The notes under the pieces were generated by a model that was not told the origin of the DNA, did no database searches, and saw nothing but the letters and a program-made list of their open reading frames with translations. Below, piece after piece: positions 1-10,243 of a DNA stretch of 64,000 nt. The stretch covers positions 31,760 to 95,759 of the forward strand of contig JAHFFT010000002.1 in NCBI GenBank assembly GCA_023247795.1, written 5' to 3'. Source of the stretch: Candidatus Omnitrophota bacterium. GTDB lineage: Bacteria; Omnitrophota; Gorgyraeia; Zapsychrales; JANLHA01. Both the position numbers and the translations under genes were made by a program. Position 1 is the stretch's first letter; each line of letters starts with the position of its first letter.

Positions 1-1
1 T

Positions 2-163
2 CTTGAACACCATGCCGCGGAGATGGAAAAGGAATTGGGCCTAAGCGATCATTTCAATTTTTCTAAACCGTTGCAAAAAATTTTGCGCGTTGATGAGAAT
101 AAAGAAATTTTGATGAATGAATTTGCAAAAATCTATCATGGGTTAACAAAACAAAGTTGCTGA
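2..163 (+). CDS. 3' end of an upstream CDS (partial, unidentified)
   Basis: Open frame LEHHAAEMEKELGL...GLTKQSC* runs from the window edge to TGA at 161-163, 3 nt before the next ATG. Confidence 0.6.
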   Translation, partial: LEHHAAEMEKELGLSDHFNFSKPLQKILRVDENKEILMNEFAKIYHGLTKQSC

Positions 164-166
164 GCA

Positions 167-982
167 ATGGACGATTTTTTAAAAAATAAAGTTGTGGTCG
201 TCACGGGAGGAGCCAGGGGGATAGGAAAGAATGTTTCCCGGGCATTTTGTCAAAACGGCGCTGTTGTTGTGATTTGTGATATCCATGAGCCATCCGCTAA
301 GCAAACCTGTTTTGAATTGCAAAAGCAAGGCCTGAAAGCGGATTATTTAAAATTGGATTTGAGTCGGGTGGGCGCCCCGCAAAAGATGTTGAAGACGGTC
401 GTGAAAACAAAAGGGCGGCTGGATGTGTTGGTTAATAATGTTCGATTCAGCGCAAAGCGAATGGCCCTTTTCGCGGAAACTCAAAAATCGTGGGCAACGG
501 AAATGGAAGAGCTGAAGACCGCTTTTTTCGCGTCGCAAGAGGCCATCCGTCATATGACCAGAGTCGGTAAAGGAAGCATTGTGAACATCAGTTCGGTTGC
601 GGCTGTTCTCACGTGTCATCAGTCTCCGGCTTATCATGCCGCGAAAGCGGGGTTGCTGCAACTGACTCGCTATTTAGCGATGGAAGGAGGCCCTTCGGGA
701 GTGCGAGTGAACGCAGTCATGCCGGGATTTATTGTTAAAGATGAAGACCGGCAGCGGTTTGAATCGGCCAATAATAAATCTTATAAAGTGAAGGCTGAAC
801 TCTGTCATCCTTTAAGACGGGTGGGGTTTTCTGATGATGTTGCTCAAGCGGTATTATTTTTAAGTTCTGACCGTGCCGCGTTTATCACGGGGCACTTTTT
901 GACGGTGGATGGCGGATTATCGTTGCAGGAACAAAGTGGTTTGGTTTTCCGTTTGACCGAAAAAAAGAAAAGGAAAGCATAA
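167..982 (+). CDS. Short-chain dehydrogenase/reductase (SDR)
   Basis: TGGARGIG Rossmann motif, NISS, YHAAK catalytic YxxxK, FITG..LTVDGG C-terminus. Confidence 0.92.
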   Translation: MDDFLKNKVVVVTGGARGIGKNVSRAFCQNGAVVVICDIHEPSAKQTCFELQKQGLKADYLKLDLSRVGAPQKMLKTVVKTKGRLDVLVNNVRFSAKRMALFAETQKSWATEMEELKTAFFASQEAIRHMTRVGKGSIVNISSVAAVLTCHQSPAYHAAKAGLLQLTRYLAMEGGPSGVRVNAVMPGFIVKDEDRQRFESANNKSYKVKAELCHPLRRVGFSDDVAQAVLFLSSDRAAFITGHFLTVDGGLSLQEQSGLVFRLTEKKKRKA

Positions 983-1785
983 TGGATTTGGGTTTAAAAG
1001 GACAAGTAGCGCTTGTGACCGGAGCCAGTAAGGGAATAGGCAAAAATATTGCCAAGGCCTTAGCCGCGGAAGGTGTCCGCCTTGTGATCTGTTCCCGACG
1101 ACAAGTTAACTTAAAGACCGTGCAAAAGGAGTTGCGAGTCATTGGGGCAAAAGTTGAGGCCATCACGTGTGACGTTACATCGATCTCGGATGTGCGAAAA
1201 GTCATGAAATTCATTGATAAAAAATTTGGCCGTTTGGATATCCTGGTTAATAACGCGGGGGGAGTTGATCAGTTTGGAAATTTTATGGAACTTAACGAAG
1301 ATGCCTGGCTGCAGTCGTTTCAAACCAATGTGATGAGCGTTGTCCATTGTGTTCGATATGCTTTGCCATTGATCAGGAAATCTTCGAGAGGAAAGATCCT
1401 TAACATCTCTTCAATCTCAGGCGTGGAGCCGGGTTACTATAATTCGCACTATACCGCGGCAAAGGCCGCGGTCATCAATTTGACGAAAAGTTTGGCGAAT
1501 CAATTGAGTCAGGAAAACATATTGGTCAATGTCATTTGTGCCGGACCGGTGTTGAGTGATTTGTGGGACCGCAACGTCAAAAATTTGGCGGACAAATTTA
1601 ATATTTCTTTTCAAGAAGCAAAAAAGCGATTTGATCAGGAAGAATGTGCCAAGATTCCTTTGGGGCGCGTTGGTGTAGGCGAAGATATTGCCGGCCTTGC
1701 TGTATTTTTGGTTTCTAAGCAGGCGTCTTGGGTGACTGGCTCGTGTTTTCATGTCAATGGCGGTAAGTTAAGGGCCATGTGTTAG
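982..1785 (+). CDS. Short-chain dehydrogenase/reductase (SDR)
   Basis: TGASKGIG, NNAG, YTAAK; start overlaps the previous stop (TAATG). Confidence 0.92.
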   Translation: MDLGLKGQVALVTGASKGIGKNIAKALAAEGVRLVICSRRQVNLKTVQKELRVIGAKVEAITCDVTSISDVRKVMKFIDKKFGRLDILVNNAGGVDQFGNFMELNEDAWLQSFQTNVMSVVHCVRYALPLIRKSSRGKILNISSISGVEPGYYNSHYTAAKAAVINLTKSLANQLSQENILVNVICAGPVLSDLWDRNVKNLADKFNISFQEAKKRFDQEECAKIPLGRVGVGEDIAGLAVFLVSKQASWVTGSCFHVNGGKLRAMC

Positions 1786-1810
1786 AGATTTTCTGGGAAA
1801 GAGAAGAACA

Positions 1811-2512
1811 TTGAATTTAAAAAAATCGATCACAGTGGTTGTGCCGGCTTTGAATGAAGAGGACAACATTCAAGCGGCTATCAAGAATGTCATTGAGGCT
1901 GTTTCCGGACATTGGGATGATTATGAAGTATTGGTGATGAACGACGGCAGCACCGACCGAACGGGCGTCTTGGCCGAAGAAATGGCAAAAAATAATCCTA
2001 AGATCCGAGTCGTTCATAATGAAAGGAACTTGGGATACGGCACCTCTTACCGAAAGGCGGTCGGGCTGGCCTCAAAAGAGTATATAAGCATTTTTGCAGG
2101 TGATAATGAAATTTCCGCGATGTTTTTGCGTGATTTTCTTCCCAATCTTGGCGATGTCGATTTTGTGACTTCTTATCCATCAACGACGCATAAGCGCGTT
2201 TGGCTCCGACGGTTCCTGTCCAAAACTTTTATCAATACCATGAATTTCATTTTTAGATTGAAGCTAAGATGCTATACGGGCGCCTTTGTTTATCGGGTTT
2301 CATTGGTTCGCTCCATTCCAATCAAATCAGATGGGCTGATGCTTTTGCCGGAATGTCTTGTGCGTCTGATCAAGGCTGGACACCGTTTCCGTCAGGTCCC
2401 TTTTGAGTACATCGGACGCAAAGGAGGAAAATCAACGGCCTTGAGTTCTAAGAATCTCTTGGGGGGAGTGAGGGTACTTTTAATTCTGATGAAGGATATT
2501 TATTTTCAATAA
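1811..2512 (+). CDS. GT2 glycosyltransferase, DPM1/polyprenyl-phosphate sugar synthase-like
   Basis: VVPALNEE, NDGSTD, NLGYG; AGD in place of the DxD motif; no C-terminal TM helices. Confidence 0.88.
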   Translation: MNLKKSITVVVPALNEEDNIQAAIKNVIEAVSGHWDDYEVLVMNDGSTDRTGVLAEEMAKNNPKIRVVHNERNLGYGTSYRKAVGLASKEYISIFAGDNEISAMFLRDFLPNLGDVDFVTSYPSTTHKRVWLRRFLSKTFINTMNFIFRLKLRCYTGAFVYRVSLVRSIPIKSDGLMLLPECLVRLIKAGHRFRQVPFEYIGRKGGKSTALSSKNLLGGVRVLLILMKDIYFQ

Positions 2513-2524
2513 CAACCGAATGAC

Positions 2525-3751
2525 ATGAAAATAGAACTCGATATAGCGAAATTTAAAAATATCAAGTATGAGCAACGTACTCGATGCGTGATTTGTGATA
2601 CAAAGATGGCGGCTCCGGTGATCCGTCTACCGGATTTTCCCATGACCGAGATTTATTCGAGTCGGCCGATTGCTAAAAAAGTTGGTTTCCTTGATCAAAG
2701 TTTCCATTTTTGCGCCAACTGTGGACATGGGCAATTGGCGCGCGTTATTGATGTCGAGTTGCAATATGGTCAGAATTTTTCATATTTTTTTCGAACATCA
2801 GAGAGTGCCACAGCAAGAGAATCCGGCGACTTTTTTCTTGAATTTTTTAAGGGAGCTGTCGGTGATCGCCATTTTGAACATATCCTGGAGTTGGGTTGCA
2901 ATGACCTGTATGTCTTAAAAACGCTGCAATCCCAAGCTCGTCAATTGACAGGGGTGGATCCTATTCTGAAAGATAAGGAAGTGGAATTTTCGAAGGGTAA
3001 GATCAAGGTCATCGGAGATTTCTTTGAAAATATTGATTTGGACATGTCCAAAGTCGACGGGATCATTTGCAAAGATACTTTAGAACACGTCAGCGATCCT
3101 AAAGGTTTCATCAAGAAATTGGTGGCCGCGGTATCCGATGGCACGCTCTTTTTTTTTCAATTCCCTTGTTTAGAAACTTTATTGGAAGGATGTCGTTTTG
3201 ATCAAATTTTTCATCAGCACCTGAATTATTTTACATTGAAATCAATTTTTCACATGCTTAAAGGATTGGATTGTCAATTATTGGATTGGCAGATCAATCA
3301 AAATCATTGGGGGGATATTCTCATTGCGTTTCAAAAAGGGAAATCCGGGAAAAAAGTGAAGACGATTTTTGGGGATATTAAGGTCGATGAGATCCTGAGG
3401 CGATACGAGCATTTCAAACATTCTATGCGACTGACTTCGGAACGTTTGGAAGATTGGAAGAAAGAGAACATCTATGGGTATGGAGCGGCCCTGATGCTGC
3501 CGGTCTTAAAATATCATTTGGGCGGCGCGTTTTTTTATTTGCAAGGAGTCATTGACGACGATAAACGAAAAGAGGGGTTACATTACCTGAATCTTCCTAT
3601 CCGAATCATGACGTGGGAACACGTAGAAGACGTTCGGAATTCCATCGTTATGATGACCGCCATCGCGTCCATAAATAACATTCGTAATATGCTGCCTAAA
3701 TTATTTCAATTGAACCCCAAACACATTATTTTGCCACTCAATATGATTTAG
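2525..3751 (+). CDS. NDP-sugar C-methyltransferase-like protein (Zn-binding N-terminus, SAM domain, C-terminal domain)
   Basis: CVIC/CANC zinc ligands, LELGCND SAM motif, DTLEHV, DQIFHQHLNYF, YGYGA C-terminal domain. Confidence 0.8.
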   Translation: MKIELDIAKFKNIKYEQRTRCVICDTKMAAPVIRLPDFPMTEIYSSRPIAKKVGFLDQSFHFCANCGHGQLARVIDVELQYGQNFSYFFRTSESATARESGDFFLEFFKGAVGDRHFEHILELGCNDLYVLKTLQSQARQLTGVDPILKDKEVEFSKGKIKVIGDFFENIDLDMSKVDGIICKDTLEHVSDPKGFIKKLVAAVSDGTLFFFQFPCLETLLEGCRFDQIFHQHLNYFTLKSIFHMLKGLDCQLLDWQINQNHWGDILIAFQKGKSGKKVKTIFGDIKVDEILRRYEHFKHSMRLTSERLEDWKKENIYGYGAALMLPVLKYHLGGAFFYLQGVIDDDKRKEGLHYLNLPIRIMTWEHVEDVRNSIVMMTAIASINNIRNMLPKLFQLNPKHIILPLNMI

Positions 3752-3775
3752 CGAACAAACAACAGTGAGGGTTTT

Positions 3776-4480
3776 ATGGATAAGTCGGTTAGCATGGTCA
3801 TGGCGGCATTGAATGAAGAAAAGAATGTGCGGGCGGCCGTTGAGTCAGCAATCCAGTTATTAGAAGAGCATTGCCCGGATTATGAATTGTTGGTTTTCAA
3901 TGACGGGAGCACGGACAGGACCGGAGCCATCATTGATCAGTTGGCGAAATCCAATCCTCGGATAAGGGTGACTCAATATTCCGTGAATCGAGGGCTGTCC
4001 GCGAGCACGAAGGACGCAATCAAGATAGCGACAAAGAATTATCTGACGTGGTTCCCAGGAGACCATTCCATTGATAAGGACTCTATGGTTCCTATTCTGA
4101 CAAAGATCGGGCAGGCGGACATCATCGTGTCTTATATGGGCAATCCGGAAAGTCGTCCGTTTTTACGGCAAATTGTTTCCGAGACGTTTGTATGGTTGAT
4201 GAATGCCATTTTTCATTTTCGTTTGAGGTACTATAATGGCCCGACGGTCTATCCTGTTCGATTGCTCAAATCATTAACCTTAAAATCGAATGGCTACGAG
4301 TTTTATTCTGAAATCTTGATCCGCGCCCTTAGGACAGGGGCAACTTATATCGAGGTGCCTTTTACCCATAAGCCTGATCCTCAGAGCAGATCGAAAGCAT
4401 TTACTTTAAAAAATTTTATCAGTGTCGTGAAAACGACGGGCGGTTTGATCAAAGATATTTATTTTTCAAATAAGAAATAA
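3776..4480 (+). CDS. GT2 glycosyltransferase, DPM1-like
   Basis: MAALNEE, NDGSTD, NRGL, FPGD; paralog of 1811..2512. Confidence 0.88.
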   Translation: MDKSVSMVMAALNEEKNVRAAVESAIQLLEEHCPDYELLVFNDGSTDRTGAIIDQLAKSNPRIRVTQYSVNRGLSASTKDAIKIATKNYLTWFPGDHSIDKDSMVPILTKIGQADIIVSYMGNPESRPFLRQIVSETFVWLMNAIFHFRLRYYNGPTVYPVRLLKSLTLKSNGYEFYSEILIRALRTGATYIEVPFTHKPDPQSRSKAFTLKNFISVVKTTGGLIKDIYFSNKK

Positions 4481-4496
4481 GGACAAAGGATGAGTG

Positions 4497-5153
4497 ATGG
4501 GTGAAATTGATTTATTAAAGAATTACCCCCAAACGAAAAGGAATTTGGAGCAGCGCCAAGAACGCAAGACGGCAGAAGACCATCGGATTGGGCGCGAATT
4601 TGCTAAGGATTATTTCGACGGTGATCGCCGTTATGGTTACGGGGGATATAAGTATCATCCGCGCTTTTGGCAGCCGGTTGTGCCGGATTTTCAAGCGCGC
4701 TACGGACTTTCGAAAGAAAGCTCAATTTTGGATGTTGGTTGTGCCAAGGGGTTTATGTTGCATGATTTTTGTGAATTGATCCCAGGGATCAAGGTTCAAG
4801 GTATTGACATCTCAGAATACGCCATCGGAAACGCGATCGATGACATGAAACCATATTTGCGAGTCGGGAACGCGAAAGAACTCCCCTTTGCCGATAAGAG
4901 TTTTGATCTTGTGATCTCGATCAATACCATACACAATTTGGCCGTTGAGGAATGCCGGTTGGCCCTCAAAGAGATCCAACGGGTTTCAAAAAGGGCCGCG
5001 TTCATTACGGTTGATGCCTATCGAAACGCGGAAGAGAAAAAGCGAATGGATATGTGGAACCTGACGGCATTAACGTATTTTTCTGTTGAAGGTTGGAAGA
5101 AATCATTCAAAGAAACGGGATATCGCGGGGACTACTATTGGTTTATTCCTTAA
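4497..5153 (+). CDS. Class I SAM-dependent methyltransferase
   Basis: ILDVGCAKG motif I, GIDIS, LPFADKSFDLVIS. Confidence 0.88.
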   Translation: MGEIDLLKNYPQTKRNLEQRQERKTAEDHRIGREFAKDYFDGDRRYGYGGYKYHPRFWQPVVPDFQARYGLSKESSILDVGCAKGFMLHDFCELIPGIKVQGIDISEYAIGNAIDDMKPYLRVGNAKELPFADKSFDLVISINTIHNLAVEECRLALKEIQRVSKRAAFITVDAYRNAEEKKRMDMWNLTALTYFSVEGWKKSFKETGYRGDYYWFIP

Positions 5154-5199
5154 AGAATCTAGATTTATGATTATTAAGTTTTTTTGATGAGGACGTGGG

Positions 5200-6234
5200 A
5201 TGTTGAAAACAAAAGCAGCCATCTTATATCAGTTAAACCGGCCACTTCGGGTTGAAGAAATCATTGTTCCGGATTTAAAGAATGGGCAGGTGTTGGTCAA
5301 GATGTTGGCCTGCGGACTTTGCCGTAGTCAATTGAATGAAATCAAGGGTTATAAGGGCGAAGATCCTTTTCTTCCGCACTTGCTGGGCCACGAAGGATCA
5401 GGGGAGGTGATCAAGACCGGAGGGGGAGTCACCAAAGTTAGAAAAGGGGATCGGGTTGTTCTATCGTGGATTAAAGGTCAAGGATGCGATATCCCATCAA
5501 CCATCTATCTTCAAGGGCAAAAAAGGATCAATTCGGGGGCCGTGGCTTGTTTGAGTGAGTATACGATCGCGTCAGAAAATCGTGTCGTTAAAGTATCAAA
5601 GAAAATACCGCCGATGGCGGCAGCACTTTTGGGTTGCGCGATCCCCACGGGGGCCGGGATGGTTTTAAACACATTGAAAGTGAAGAACGGCTCATCGCTG
5701 GCGGTCATTGGTGTCGGGGGAATAGGGGCGGCGGTGATCTTAGCAGCGAAGATGGCGGGTGTCCAACGGATCATCGGCATTGATATCTTGAAAAGAAAAT
5801 TGGATTTTGCAAAGTCTTTGGGGGCGACAAATGTTTTGAATGCCAGTGAGAAAACATTTTCAAGTCAACTCAATCGTTTGCGCGAAGAAGGTATTGATTA
5901 CGCGGTTGAATGCTCTGGGGCTGGACAAGCGATGGAACTTGCCTTTGCGGTGGTGAAAGATCGAGGACGGGTCGTGATCGCTGGAAACCTGAAAAAGGGA
6001 AGCAAGATTTCCATCGATCCCTTTGATTTGATCAAAGGAAAACGCATCACGGGAACTTGGGGTGGTGAAACGAATACAGATGTTGATATTCCAAAGTACG
6101 CGCGGGCTTATCTTTCCGGAAAACTTAAGCTGGATCAACTGATCACGCAGCAGTTCTGTTTGAGCGAAGTCAATCGCGCTTTTTCGGTACTTGAGAAAGG
6201 CGGGGTTGGAAGGGTCATGGTTCGTTTTGAATAA
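5200..6234 (+). CDS. Zinc-binding alcohol dehydrogenase (MDR family)
   Basis: CGLC, LGHEG, LLGCA catalytic Zn ligands; GVGGIG NAD-binding motif. Confidence 0.9.
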   Translation: MLKTKAAILYQLNRPLRVEEIIVPDLKNGQVLVKMLACGLCRSQLNEIKGYKGEDPFLPHLLGHEGSGEVIKTGGGVTKVRKGDRVVLSWIKGQGCDIPSTIYLQGQKRINSGAVACLSEYTIASENRVVKVSKKIPPMAAALLGCAIPTGAGMVLNTLKVKNGSSLAVIGVGGIGAAVILAAKMAGVQRIIGIDILKRKLDFAKSLGATNVLNASEKTFSSQLNRLREEGIDYAVECSGAGQAMELAFAVVKDRGRVVIAGNLKKGSKISIDPFDLIKGKRITGTWGGETNTDVDIPKYARAYLSGKLKLDQLITQQFCLSEVNRAFSVLEKGGVGRVMVRFE

Positions 6235-6295
6235 TTGCTTTGTGATGGATGCGTTCAGACATTTTCTCGACTTATAAAAATTATTTTTTGTCACC

Positions 6296-8449
6296 ATGTT
6301 AATATCGAAATCAAAAGGTTTTTCACAAGAAGTTCGGAATATTATTTTGCTTTCCATTATCGTCATTATTGAGAGCATCCAGTTTATGATTGTTGTGGGT
6401 TGCGTATATTCCTATCTACCCAGCCCTACTCCAAAATACGATTTAGTTCTTCCTTACTATCATCAGCATCTTAGATTTGAAAGAAAAATTTTATTTTATC
6501 AGGTTTTTGTCACAGCGACTATTTTCCTGCAAGTTATCGTTCTGATTATTTTCCGAAATGCAATCTCAAGCGAACAGTTGGCTAGAAAATTGTCTAAATT
6601 TTTACTGTCTGAAATTTTTGTATTATTTTTAATTGCAATCATTTTGTTTAGAATGACAACTTTTGGACAATCGACAGTTCATACCTATTTATTTTATAGT
6701 ATCCTTATTTTTAGTGGACTCATGAAGTTTTTTTGGTCTTTCTTTTGGAAAATCATCAAATCGCTTTGGGAGAAGTCTGTATATGCTCGAATGAGGATTT
6801 GGGGCATACATTATTTTGATTTTGTTGTCCCACCAATTATTTTCTTGATGTTATATATTCCTAATACCGTTCAAGCGGCATCTGTTATTTTCCGTCAGGA
6901 GAAATTTCATCATATGGATGATTTTATGTACCCTGCATGGGCGTATCTTAAAGGCGGCCTGCCCAATATTGATGTGTATAGTGAATATGGAATGGGAGTT
7001 TCCATGGTGATAGCCGAATTTTCCAGGATGTTGGGAGGGTTGAATTATGAAAATTTTATTTCCGCGCTTGTTTGGTTGGCGTCTTTTTATTTTATCATTT
7101 ATTATTTTTTTCTGAGGGTGTGGTTTCGAGACGCGTTTTTAGCCACCTTAGGGGTGCTGTTAGCGTTTAAATGCGTTATGTTTGAAAAATTATCGGGAAC
7201 ATATGTTGGTGATGTTTTAATCTGGAGATATCCTTCATCGTCGGTCATTCGATATTTATTTGATGGAGCATTTTTTTTGTTGTTGTTACTTCATAATCGG
7301 TATCATAAGAGATGGCTTCTTATCTTTGCGCTTGTGATCAATGGTATGGCAATATTTTATTTTACAGATACCGGAATTTATCTTTTACTTGCAGCGTATT
7401 CATACATTTTTGTCATGGCATTGGCGTCTTTTCAGTGGGGATTAATAGCTAGAAATCTTGGTAAGACTTTGGTTTGGCTTTTTGGATGTTTATTGCTCCC
7501 TTGGGTCACTTTTATTTCCATATTATGGTTTTTTGTTAAGTCGCAGGTACTGATGAAGCCCTTTTGGTCGAATTTGGTGGAGAGAATAAGTTACATATCT
7601 TCTCTGGGGTTTTCGGAAACGCCCATTTATTATAGTTTAGAGCAAAGGTATTTTGCGGCTTTCTGGATTGCGTTGTTAATTCCATTGAGCTATGTGTTTT
7701 CATTGCTTATTATTGGAAGCTCGTATTTTACAAAAAATCTAAAATTAAAGGATGTTCTTATTATCCCCATCTGTATCTATGGTTTAGCTCTCTATACTCA
7801 TTATGTTAATAATCCCGCCCCTACTGTCTACTTTGGCACTTGTATCCCTTTTGTCTCTATTGTTTGTTATTGGCTTAACAAACTGTTGGCGCGAGAGAAG
7901 TATTGTCGAAGGAAAAAAATCCGTTTAGTTTTGGTTGTTTTGATAGTTGCTTCTTTAGTAACTAATCAAAGGTTTTGGATGTATCCTCATCTTTGGGGGT
8001 ATGCAAAAAGTTTATTTTTAGATGGGACCGTTGCTGCAAAATCGGATTATTCATTGGATGAAGAAGATATCAATCTTATTTCAAAATTGACAGATCCTAA
8101 AGAAAAAGTCTGCATCGTTAGTAGCCGCCCCCTGGCATTCCTTATACCAAGTAACCGAAGTCCGTTTTTTTATTATACATTGTTTTATCCGGATGATTTG
8201 AATGAACTGAATTATGGGGGGCCTAGAATTCTGACCATCAATCAACTTAAAATGACACTACAGCAATTGGAGAATTCAGGGCCCAAATATGTTTTTATTG
8301 AGAAAAGATACTTTATTTATTATTATGAGATGTATCTCAAGCATTATCAAACACCTGTTGAATTAATCGTTTTACTGAGTTATTTTCACAATCACTATAA
8401 AATTTATTCTCAAGGACAGTATTTATTGGCGTTGGAGCGAGTAAATTAA
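6296..8449 (+). CDS. Polytopic membrane protein, probable GT-C-fold glycosyltransferase
   Basis: Many hydrophobic helices; acidic loop HHMDD...LPNIDVYSEYG; soluble C-terminal domain; lies within the glycosylation cluster; visibly AT-rich. Confidence 0.6.
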   Translation: MLISKSKGFSQEVRNIILLSIIVIIESIQFMIVVGCVYSYLPSPTPKYDLVLPYYHQHLRFERKILFYQVFVTATIFLQVIVLIIFRNAISSEQLARKLSKFLLSEIFVLFLIAIILFRMTTFGQSTVHTYLFYSILIFSGLMKFFWSFFWKIIKSLWEKSVYARMRIWGIHYFDFVVPPIIFLMLYIPNTVQAASVIFRQEKFHHMDDFMYPAWAYLKGGLPNIDVYSEYGMGVSMVIAEFSRMLGGLNYENFISALVWLASFYFIIYYFFLRVWFRDAFLATLGVLLAFKCVMFEKLSGTYVGDVLIWRYPSSSVIRYLFDGAFFLLLLLHNRYHKRWLLIFALVINGMAIFYFTDTGIYLLLAAYSYIFVMALASFQWGLIARNLGKTLVWLFGCLLLPWVTFISILWFFVKSQVLMKPFWSNLVERISYISSLGFSETPIYYSLEQRYFAAFWIALLIPLSYVFSLLIIGSSYFTKNLKLKDVLIIPICIYGLALYTHYVNNPAPTVYFGTCIPFVSIVCYWLNKLLAREKYCRRKKIRLVLVVLIVASLVTNQRFWMYPHLWGYAKSLFLDGTVAAKSDYSLDEEDINLISKLTDPKEKVCIVSSRPLAFLIPSNRSPFFYYTLFYPDDLNELNYGGPRILTINQLKMTLQQLENSGPKYVFIEKRYFIYYYEMYLKHYQTPVELIVLLSYFHNHYKIYSQGQYLLALERVN

Positions 8450-8535
8450 TAAGTTACAGAAGAATTTAGGGTCAGATAGTTAAAATACTGCAAGCGGCTA
8501 ATTTCGAGTGTCAAAAAAGAAATGATGACAAGAAA

Positions 8536-9426
8536 ATGAGTGATGAACGGATCATAGTGATCGGAGCAGATAGTTTGATCGGAAATGCTTTAGCCGAAAC
8601 TTTAAAACGTTCGGGGAGGACGGTCTTAGAAACAACCCGGCGGCGGGAGTTGTTATCAGAAAACAGAATTTTTTTAGATCTTGAACAAGACATTTTTTCG
8701 GTGCGGTTTCCCAGCAACATTTCAGTTGCCTTTCTTTGTGCTGCTTGTGACTCACTGGAGTATTGTCATAAAGAACCTTTGAAGACAGCGAAAATAAACG
8801 TTGAGGCGATGGTTCGATTGGCAGAGAAATTGATTAAGGCAGGTGTGTTTGTGGTCTTTTTTTCTACTAATTTGGTTTATGATGGTGCTGTGCCTTGTGT
8901 TAAAGTTGATGCCCCGGTATCTGCGCAGACCGAACATGGACGTCAGAAGGCAGAAGCGGAAAGGCAAATGTTGCCTTTGGGAAATTTAATGGCAGTTCTT
9001 CGTCTCACAAAAATTTTTGGACCGGAAACACAGTTGTTGCAGGAATGGATTTTAGCGCTGAAAAGTAAAAAAAAGATCCAACCGTTTAGAGATAAAGTCA
9101 TTTCTCCGTTGTTATTATCGACAGCCGTTCAGGTTTCCTGTCTCATGATAGAAAAACGGTTATCGGGCATTGTTCAGATTTCCAGCGATCAAGACGTGAC
9201 TTATGCGCAAATCGCCTATCGTCTTGCTCATCGAATGAGGGTCCGTCAAGATTTGGTGCAACCCGTGTTGGCAAGTGAATCCGGATTGTTTATAGAACAT
9301 CTTCCGCGGAATACAACCTTTGATACAACGCGGTTGGTTAAGGAGCTGGGGATAAGGACCCCGAAGGTTTGGTCGGTCATTGACACGGTCATTGACCAGA
9401 ATTTGGATATTTTTAAAAGAAAATGA
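8536..9426 (+). CDS. dTDP-4-dehydrorhamnose reductase (RmlD)-like extended SDR
   Basis: IGADSLIG, STNLVYDG, HGRQKAEAE (His at the YxxxK Tyr position), PRNTTFD. Confidence 0.75.
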   Translation: MSDERIIVIGADSLIGNALAETLKRSGRTVLETTRRRELLSENRIFLDLEQDIFSVRFPSNISVAFLCAACDSLEYCHKEPLKTAKINVEAMVRLAEKLIKAGVFVVFFSTNLVYDGAVPCVKVDAPVSAQTEHGRQKAEAERQMLPLGNLMAVLRLTKIFGPETQLLQEWILALKSKKKIQPFRDKVISPLLLSTAVQVSCLMIEKRLSGIVQISSDQDVTYAQIAYRLAHRMRVRQDLVQPVLASESGLFIEHLPRNTTFDTTRLVKELGIRTPKVWSVIDTVIDQNLDIFKRK

Positions 9427-9472
9427 TGCGCAGAGTTGTTGACGTCTTAGTTTTCAAATTGAGGAGAGATTT

Positions 9473-10237
9473 GTGAATGTATCGTTAGGGGAATTAGAGA
9501 AAAAAAGGCAAGACATTGAAAACCTGATTGACATCACGTTTTTTATTCCATGTCTTAATGAAGAGTATAGCATCATCGCGACCCTGGACAAGCTCGTAGC
9601 GGTCGCTGAGGAGTTGAAATTAACTTTCGAATTGTTGATTTATAATGATGGTTCTACGGACCATACCAAAATGTTGGTGGAGAATTATGCCAAGGAACAT
9701 CAGGGGCTGTTTTTGCGCCTCATCAATAATGAAAAACGCAAAGGATTAGGTTATAACTATATTGACGGTGCCTTTGTAGGATTCGGTAAATATTACATGA
9801 TGGTTTGTGGGGATAATTCAGAAACTGCCGATTCCCTGAGGGAAATCATCCAGCGAAGGGGAACCGCCGATATCGTGATCCCTTATTTTGGTGAGTTGGA
9901 CACGCGTAACGTTTTTCGGAGAAATTTGTCGAAGCTATTCACGTTCATTGTCAATTCCATTGGTGGACATCACATCAAATATTACAATGGCACTGTTTTG
10001 CACGAGCGATTCAATATCATGCGCTGGCATCCATCGAGCAGCGGATTTGCCTATCAAGCGGAGATGCTCGTGATCATGTTGGGTGAACGTAAGACCTATT
10101 GCGAAGTGCAAGTCGCTAACCGTGACCGCGAGAAGGGGATTTCGCGGGCGTTTCATTTGCAGAATATATTTTCAGTGACACATAGTCTATTTCAGATCCT
10201 CTGCCGTCGAATCCGACGGGAAATTTGGCCATTGTAA
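9473..10237 (+). CDS. GT2 glycosyltransferase, DPM1-like
   Basis: FIPCLNEE, NDGSTD, KGLG, CGDN. Confidence 0.86.
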   Translation: MNVSLGELEKKRQDIENLIDITFFIPCLNEEYSIIATLDKLVAVAEELKLTFELLIYNDGSTDHTKMLVENYAKEHQGLFLRLINNEKRKGLGYNYIDGAFVGFGKYYMMVCGDNSETADSLREIIQRRGTADIVIPYFGELDTRNVFRRNLSKLFTFIVNSIGGHHIKYYNGTVLHERFNIMRWHPSSSGFAYQAEMLVIMLGERKTYCEVQVANRDREKGISRAFHLQNIFSVTHSLFQILCRRIRREIWPL

Positions 10238-10243
10238 AATTTT

